From the IMG/VR virus record IMGVR_UViG_3300013093_000022, positions 62,514 through 126,513 of that record: a stretch of 64,000 nt of DNA. One strand, 5' to 3'. Below, piece after piece: positions 59,373-64,000 of the stretch. Under the pieces are notes generated by a model that saw only the letters and a program-made list of their open reading frames with translations, did no database searches and was not told where the DNA came from. The stretch comes from a virus. A program made the translations under genes and the position numbers. Positions within the stretch are counted from its first letter, which is position 1, and every line of letters starts with the position of its first letter.

Positions 59373-59612
59373 CTAGGAACAGTTCAGATGCGGGGTGTTG
59401 GGCGGGGTCACGAATCCCCTCGACTCCTGACCGGGATAGATGCCCAGCATCATCATCAACTGGGCCGCGTCGGCGGCGTCAATGGAGCCGCCGGCCACGA
59501 CCCGGCGGGCGTGGGCCCTCTGGTCCTCGGTGAGGTCCGGGCGGTCGTCGTCGCCGACCCGGCCCTCGTCGCACTGGGCCATCTGGTGCTGGGGGTTGAA
59601 GCGGTGGGCCAT
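59373..59612 (-). CDS. hypothetical protein
   Basis: Leaderless ATG 59612, 7 nt after a SigA-like -10. Confidence 0.6.
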   Translation of the reverse strand: MAHRFNPQHQMAQCDEGRVGDDDRPDLTEDQRAHARRVVAGGSIDAADAAQLMMMLGIYPGQESRGFVTPPNTPHLNCS

Positions 59613-59619
59613 GACACAC

Positions 59620-59648
59620 ACAGTAGCCGCGACTCAAGAAGCTATCAA
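59620..59648 (-). promoter_or_regulatory. SigA-type promoter TTGATA-N17-TACTGT
   Basis: 5/6 match at -35, TAnnnT at -10, 17-nt spacer. Confidence 0.5.
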
Positions 59649-62600
59649 CCCCGCCTCTGAACGCCTTTCGGCGTCTTCGGTTCCCGGGTGTGGATGGAGT
59701 TCAGGCTGGACGGCTCGTACCGGCCCCGGCGGTGCCTCCCGTCGGTCATGGCACGCCTCTCTTGGATCACCTCAGACGCCGGACGCCACGTCTTGTCCTC
59801 CATGAACTTGTCCATCTCGCGGCCCGACTTCAGACCGGACACATTAGACGAGCCGTAGGCACCGGCGGTCAGCCTGTCCGACGACCACCGGTCGAGCGCG
59901 TCACGCAACAGGTCGACCGCCACCACCATGACCGCGTCGGCCAGGTCCTTCGTCACCACCGGGCCCGTGTCCTGCTTCACGACCCGGCCGTTCCTCTCCG
60001 ACAGGAACTTCAACTCCAACTCCAGCAGGCACGACTCGTTGTCCAGGTAGAAGCTGTCCGGGAAGCAGTGGATCCAGCCCAGGTTGAGCGCCGACTTGAA
60101 CTTCTCACACCGGACCTGGTTCTCCTTCTCGGTGAACGGCAACTCGACCACCCGGATGCCGGGCATGAACTTCTGCCGCAGCGATGCGATGAACGAGGCG
60201 CTGTTGTGAGAAACCACGCCGTTGGCGATGTAAGACTCAGGGCCGGGGACGGAGAGGTCGTAGCAGTCGGTCACAGAATCCTCAATGCGGGACACCCTCA
60301 CCCAGTACTCGTCCCCGTGTCGCTGATGTTTACTCCTAAGACCAACACCACGCCCCGAACTCCCCTGAACAACATTAACGGCTTGGACGAGTTCCTGCTG
60401 CTTCCGCGAGCAAGAAAACCCAACTTCGTCGGCGAAGTCAAGCAAGTCAAGACCGTACATCTTGATGCGCCATTGGTCTCGCACCTCACCCCTATAGCGA
60501 TAAGTGCCCGACCAGAGAGTGGAGAAAACTCCGATTGACAGCAGCAGTTGCTGTACCACCTCGGCGATGTCGTAGGAGGTTGTCGTAGCCTCAATCCAGA
60601 CCTCCCCCTCCCTACCAAAGCAGACGCCGCCATCACCCTCAAAGTATCCGCGCAAGAACGCCTTGACGACTTCGGCGGGGGACGTCCGAATAACCCAGGG
60701 AACCGCCTTCTCCGTTGCCCTGCCACTTAGGCCCAATTGGCGCAAGAATCGGGGAATCCGGCCACCCTTCCGCACCGTTCCCCAGTGATACTTCCCCATC
60801 CAGTCATCCACGGTTTTGGAGGTCCAGGTTCCCCCGAAACTCTTCTCCATCAGGGTTCGGTACCGCTCAACCAACTCGTCGTCACTGTTACCGAACCGAC
60901 AGTGAAGATCGGTGTAATCGCCCTCGGCCACCAGCAGACCGAGAGCCTCCCCCAATGCCTCGTCGCAGCCCGGGGACCACTCTCCTGTCCAGTTGGGCAG
61001 ATTCGTCAGATCAAACTCTTCACTGGGGAGCATCGTATTGCGCTTCAGGCAGAGCCAGTCGCCGACCTCAATGTTCCCGCCGACCTCGTAACCCCACGGC
61101 TCGTCGGCGTGCCAAGGCCTCGCCTTGGCTTTCCTGACCCACAACCTATGCTCGGGCGTGATCTCAATCGTGTTGCCCAGTTTGGTGGTGATCTTCCTAG
61201 TCGGAACGACACCTTTGTGAAACCCCTGCCTAATCACCGCAGTCTGGGTATGGGACTCCACGCCAAGGTTCAAATCCACGACTTTCCCGACAGGAACCTC
61301 GTCTCCGACGATCTCATCAACTCGAAGCAGGCCACGTGCCGTCGGCACAAGGGTTGATCCAGCGAGGCAGTTCCACTGGTCGAACGAAATCTTCTCGGTC
61401 GACATGAACCGGGACAGGATGTCGTCAATGTCGGAGTGGACCTGCACGTAGTCGATCGTCCGCTTGTGGGTCTCGGCGTCCTCGGGGAAGTCCATCGGCC
61501 GCCACACCTTCAGGAAGTCAAACACCACGTGGGGCCAGACCCGGCCGTGCTCGTCGGGCGGGGCGTCCTCCAAATGGGCGACCGCCAGCGAAAAGTTCGC
61601 GCCGGTGCGGCCCGGGTCGCAGTGGATCCGATACTTGCGGTCAAACGTGCCGTACGCCTGCGGGGCCAGCGGCTCGCGCCAGTCGGGGTCGCGGTACATG
61701 GCATCGACCTTGTCCGAGTCGAGGTACTGGTCGAGAACCTCGCCGAACTGACCCTGCTTCTCCACCCGGAACTTGTCGGGGTCGCGGAGCCTCTCCCGAA
61801 TTTGGCGCTCGTCGGTCAGGTCGGGCTCGGGCGACTTGTCGAATTTGTACCGAACGCCCAGGACGCGGCGCACGTCCCTCCAGTCGCGGTACAGGTCCCA
61901 CGACGAGCCCTGGAAGATCAGCCACGACGGGTCGCAGTCAAGTTCGGCCTGGCGGCCCACGTTCATCAGGTTCTGGCGGGCCTCGTCGGCCATGCCGGTC
62001 TCATCGCTGTAGCTGCTCATCAGGACCCGGCCCGACTGGTACAGGACGTAGAACTGGCCCGCCTTCGTCGCCGGGGACGACGGGATGTAGGTCAGAGAGT
62101 CGTTGCCGAACTGTCCCAGCGACGGCTGCCAGGCGTGGTAAATCTCGGTGTCGGACTTACTCGACCCGGTCTGGACGTGGAACGCGAACTCGTCGTACAG
62201 GTTGGCGAACGAGGTCTGGCCACGTCCCGACACCGAGTTCGTCGCCAGGGCCACCCCGACCAGAGAGGCGATCTGGTGGTCGATCGGGATCCTCGCGACC
62301 TTCATCTCCGAGATCCGGCGCAGGTCGGCCGGGGTTCGGATCCGCAGGATCGCGTCCTTCGACTCGGCGATCCACGGCGGCTGGCCGTCGGGCCGGAAGT
62401 ACTTGCACTGCTCGACCATCGTCCGGACGTCGGCGAACAGTTGGCGGGCCGCCTGGGTTTGGGAGGTGCCTCCGACGTTGAGGTACACATCCTTGCCACG
62501 GGCGACCCCGTACACGGCCTGCGGGTCGTCGAGCGAGTGGAGGTAGGCGATCTGCTCACAGGCCAGCAGACCCCCCATCGCCCCCTTCGAGGCGCGTCGG

Positions 62601-62953
62601 CCGAGGACCATCTGGATGTGGGGGAACCGGCGGTAGCCTCGCTGCTTCAGGTACTCGACCCGCTGCCAGATGTCGGGCTGGACCCCGAACGTCTCCCGGG
62701 CCAGGGTGAAGCCCTTGCGCCACTCGTTGATCACGTCGACGTCGTACTGGGTCATCTGCTCGGTCTCGAGGAAGATGAGCTTGAGCAGGGTCGCCTGCCT
62801 GGGGAAGATCGGGAATCCGCAGAAGCTGGGGTGGATCGCGAAGTCGACGATGCTGTCCCACGGTGCCCGCCGGTTCAGGCCGCCGACCACCATCTCGACG
62901 GCGTCGAACCCCTTGGCGGCGAGCCTCTCCTGCTCCCGGGGGTTGAACGCCAT
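59645..62953 (-). CDS. terL: terminase large subunit precursor with one intein (spliced ~713 aa)
   Basis: Walker A LGRRASKG, Walker B LYDEFAF, nuclease HCDPG, SFDQWN|S and KDLADAV motifs. Confidence 0.9.
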   Translation of the reverse strand: MAFNPREQERLAAKGFDAVEMVVGGLNRRAPWDSIVDFAIHPSFCGFPIFPRQATLLKLIFLETEQMTQYDVDVINEWRKGFTLARETFGVQPDIWQRVEYLKQRGYRRFPHIQMVLGRRASKGAMGGLLACEQIAYLHSLDDPQAVYGVARGKDVYLNVGGTSQTQAARQLFADVRTMVEQCKYFRPDGQPPWIAESKDAILRIRTPADLRRISEMKVARIPIDHQIASLVGVALATNSVSGRGQTSFANLYDEFAFHVQTGSSKSDTEIYHAWQPSLGQFGNDSLTYIPSSPATKAGQFYVLYQSGRVLMSSYSDETGMADEARQNLMNVGRQAELDCDPSWLIFQGSSWDLYRDWRDVRRVLGVRYKFDKSPEPDLTDERQIRERLRDPDKFRVEKQGQFGEVLDQYLDSDKVDAMYRDPDWREPLAPQAYGTFDRKYRIHCDPGRTGANFSLAVAHLEDAPPDEHGRVWPHVVFDFLKVWRPMDFPEDAETHKRTIDYVQVHSDIDDILSRFMSTEKISFDQWNCLAGSTLVPTARGLLRVDEIVGDEVPVGKVVDLNLGVESHTQTAVIRQGFHKGVVPTRKITTKLGNTIEITPEHRLWVRKAKARPWHADEPWGYEVGGNIEVGDWLCLKRNTMLPSEEFDLTNLPNWTGEWSPGCDEALGEALGLLVAEGDYTDLHCRFGNSDDELVERYRTLMEKSFGGTWTSKTVDDWMGKYHWGTVRKGGRIPRFLRQLGLSGRATEKAVPWVIRTSPAEVVKAFLRGYFEGDGGVCFGREGEVWIEATTTSYDIAEVVQQLLLSIGVFSTLWSGTYRYRGEVRDQWRIKMYGLDLLDFADEVGFSCSRKQQELVQAVNVVQGSSGRGVGLRSKHQRHGDEYWVRVSRIEDSVTDCYDLSVPGPESYIANGVVSHNSASFIASLRQKFMPGIRVVELPFTEKENQVRCEKFKSALNLGWIHCFPDSFYLDNESCLLELELKFLSERNGRVVKQDTGPVVTKDLADAVMVVAVDLLRDALDRWSSDRLTAGAYGSSNVSGLKSGREMDKFMEDKTWRPASEVIQERRAMTDGRHRRGRYEPSSLNSIHTREPKTPKGVQRRG
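60203..61369 (-). mobile_element. intein in terminase with LAGLIDADG endonuclease (389 aa)
   Basis: QWN|CLAGSTLV...TPEHRL...ALGLLVAEG...FLRGYFEGDG...CYDLSV...VSHN|S. Confidence 0.94.
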
Positions 62954-62971
62954 GTACTGATGCCCGCCGGG

Positions 62972-63232
62972 TCAGGCGCGGGGCAGCTCGTCGCGTGCCG
63001 GGAGGAAGCTGGCCGGTGCCGAGTTGGGGACACCCTCGCTGGCCAGGCTGGCCAGGCTCGACACCAGGGCACCGATCGCCCCGGCCGACAGGGCCGTCTC
63101 CCACGGCACGGCCGCCAGGCCTCCGGCGAAGCCGGTGCCGATCACGCCCAGCACGCCACCGGCGAATGCGTGGATGCCGTTCTCGAACAGCCGGACCCAG
63201 AAGGCCTTGGTGAAGATCTGTCCCATCGTCAT
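62972..63232 (-). CDS. holin (r1t-like)
   Basis: Start ATG 63232 or 63226; FTKAFW...HAFAGGVLGVI...VPW...LVSSLASLAS, two TM segments. Confidence 0.8.
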   Translation of the reverse strand: MTMGQIFTKAFWVRLFENGIHAFAGGVLGVIGTGFAGGLAAVPWETALSAGAIGALVSSLASLASEGVPNSAPASFLPARDELPRA

Positions 63233-63555
63233 CAACCGATCTGCTGCTCGACGGCAGCCTTGATGGAGTCCACGTCGATAGACGCGGCCTTGCACAGGGC
63301 CTCGACGAGGGCCTGGGTCTGCAATTGCTCGGCACGCAGGCTCAGGATGTGCCCGTACAGGTCGTCGTTCTGTGTGGGGGTGCGGGGCCGGTCGTTGAGG
63401 CGCAGGGGCAGGGTGACCTTCGTCAGCACGGCCGCGACGGCCCCCCGCAGGGTGAGCGGGTTGCCGTTGGGGTCGGGCAGCGGCTGGGCGGCGGAGGCCG
63501 ACAGTTCATTGGCCACCTGGGCCAGCAATTGGGCCGGAGTAATCGGGTCGCTCAT
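63232..63555 (-). CDS. lysis-cassette hypothetical protein
   Basis: 107 aa, AGGAG RBS; DDLYGHILS motif reminiscent of endolysin C-terminal regions. Confidence 0.7.
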   Translation of the reverse strand: MSDPITPAQLLAQVANELSASAAQPLPDPNGNPLTLRGAVAAVLTKVTLPLRLNDRPRTPTQNDDLYGHILSLRAEQLQTQALVEALCKAASIDVDSIKAAVEQQIG

Positions 63556-63564
63556 GTGCTTCTC

Positions 63565-63756
63565 CTATTTCCTGTTCAGATTGTAGCGGTCGAGAATGAC
63601 GTCGGCAATCCGGGAGGAATGGGTGAAGTCGACCGTGTTCACCAATTCGACGAGATCGGAACGCAGCACCGCGTCGTCGAATGCCTCCTTGCCGTATATC
63701 TCACCGCCCCTTCCCCCGGTGAATGACGGCTCTTCCGACAGTGGTTTGATGGCCAT
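63565..63756 (-). CDS. hypothetical protein
   Basis: Start revised to ATG 63756 (MAIKPLSEE). Confidence 0.6.
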   Translation of the reverse strand: MAIKPLSEEPSFTGGRGGEIYGKEAFDDAVLRSDLVELVNTVDFTHSSRIADVILDRYNLNRK

Positions 63757-63766
63757 GCAAATGCCC

Positions 63767-64000
63767 CTACCTACCGAATCCGAAAACGCCGGGAATGGAG
63801 GACAGAAGGGTCCAGATGCTGTCGTCGGTCGGGAGGCCGGCGAACGTGTCGGGCTCTTTCGGAGGGGGCGGTGGGCCGGCCGGTACGGTGCCGAAGAGGA
63901 CGTTGATGTCGTCGCCCCTGTAGGCGTTGCAGTCGACCGGGATCCCGCAGACCGTGGCCTTGTCGGTGAACTGCCAGGCGGCCGGTGCGGCACCCCCGTA
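63767..64000 (-). CDS. lysA: 3' end of endolysin with GH25 muramidase domain
   Basis: Manual translation YGGAAPAAWQFTDKATVCGIPVDCNAYRG..., the GH25 C-terminal WQFT...VDxN signature; upstream of the holin. Confidence 0.75.
   Translation of the reverse strand, partial: YGGAAPAAWQFTDKATVCGIPVDCNAYRGDDINVLFGTVPAGPPPPPKEPDTFAGLPTDDSIWTLLSSIPGVFGFGR

Noticed and set aside
1-64000. tRNA, tmRNA, integrase or att site
   Set aside because: No cloverleaf with a T-loop in the intergenic gaps and no recombinase motifs found by eye; a tRNAscan-SE/ARAGORN run would be needed to exclude them formally

Overview
All credible genes lie on the minus strand of a high-GC, large, contractile-tailed actinobacteriophage. 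It most resembles the Bxz1/Myrna/Phrappuccino/E3-type myoviruses, and the LysB gene points to a mycolic-acid host. That assignment is recognition from gene content, not a database result. In transcription order (right to left) the window holds: the end of a GH25 endolysin, a holin, the terminase large subunit (one intein), lysis accessory genes and LysB, a metallophosphoesterase, two large modular head-associated ORFs, the portal (two inteins), a BRO antirepressor cassette, a 1365-aa modular head ORF, a protease/scaffold, a capsid accessory protein and the major capsid protein. These are followed by a free-standing endonuclease, an island of small non-structural genes, a glycosyltransferase plus fibre/decoration genes, neck, sheath, tube, a frameshifted tail chaperone, tape measure and baseplate genes. 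Most notable: (1) a candidate capsid-cargo/polyprotein system, in which head ORFs are strings of small modules separated by basic-x-Ala motifs, several modules are flanked by exact DNA direct repeats, and separate small genes share an N-terminal leader ending in the same motif; (2) two reciprocal C-CCT-TTA slippery sites predicting three isoforms of one head protein; (3) two distinct repeated promoter classes, an ECF-type GGAAT-N18-GTTG and a phage-specific CTGTRR-N20-22-AATAGGTGA; (4) a ~360-nt structured non-coding RNA; (5) nested in-frame scaffold starts; (6) an endonuclease with an RBS-sequestering hairpin and a recoded capsid 3' end. No tRNA, rRNA, CRISPR array or integrase was seen. Functional calls come from motif recognition and synteny only.
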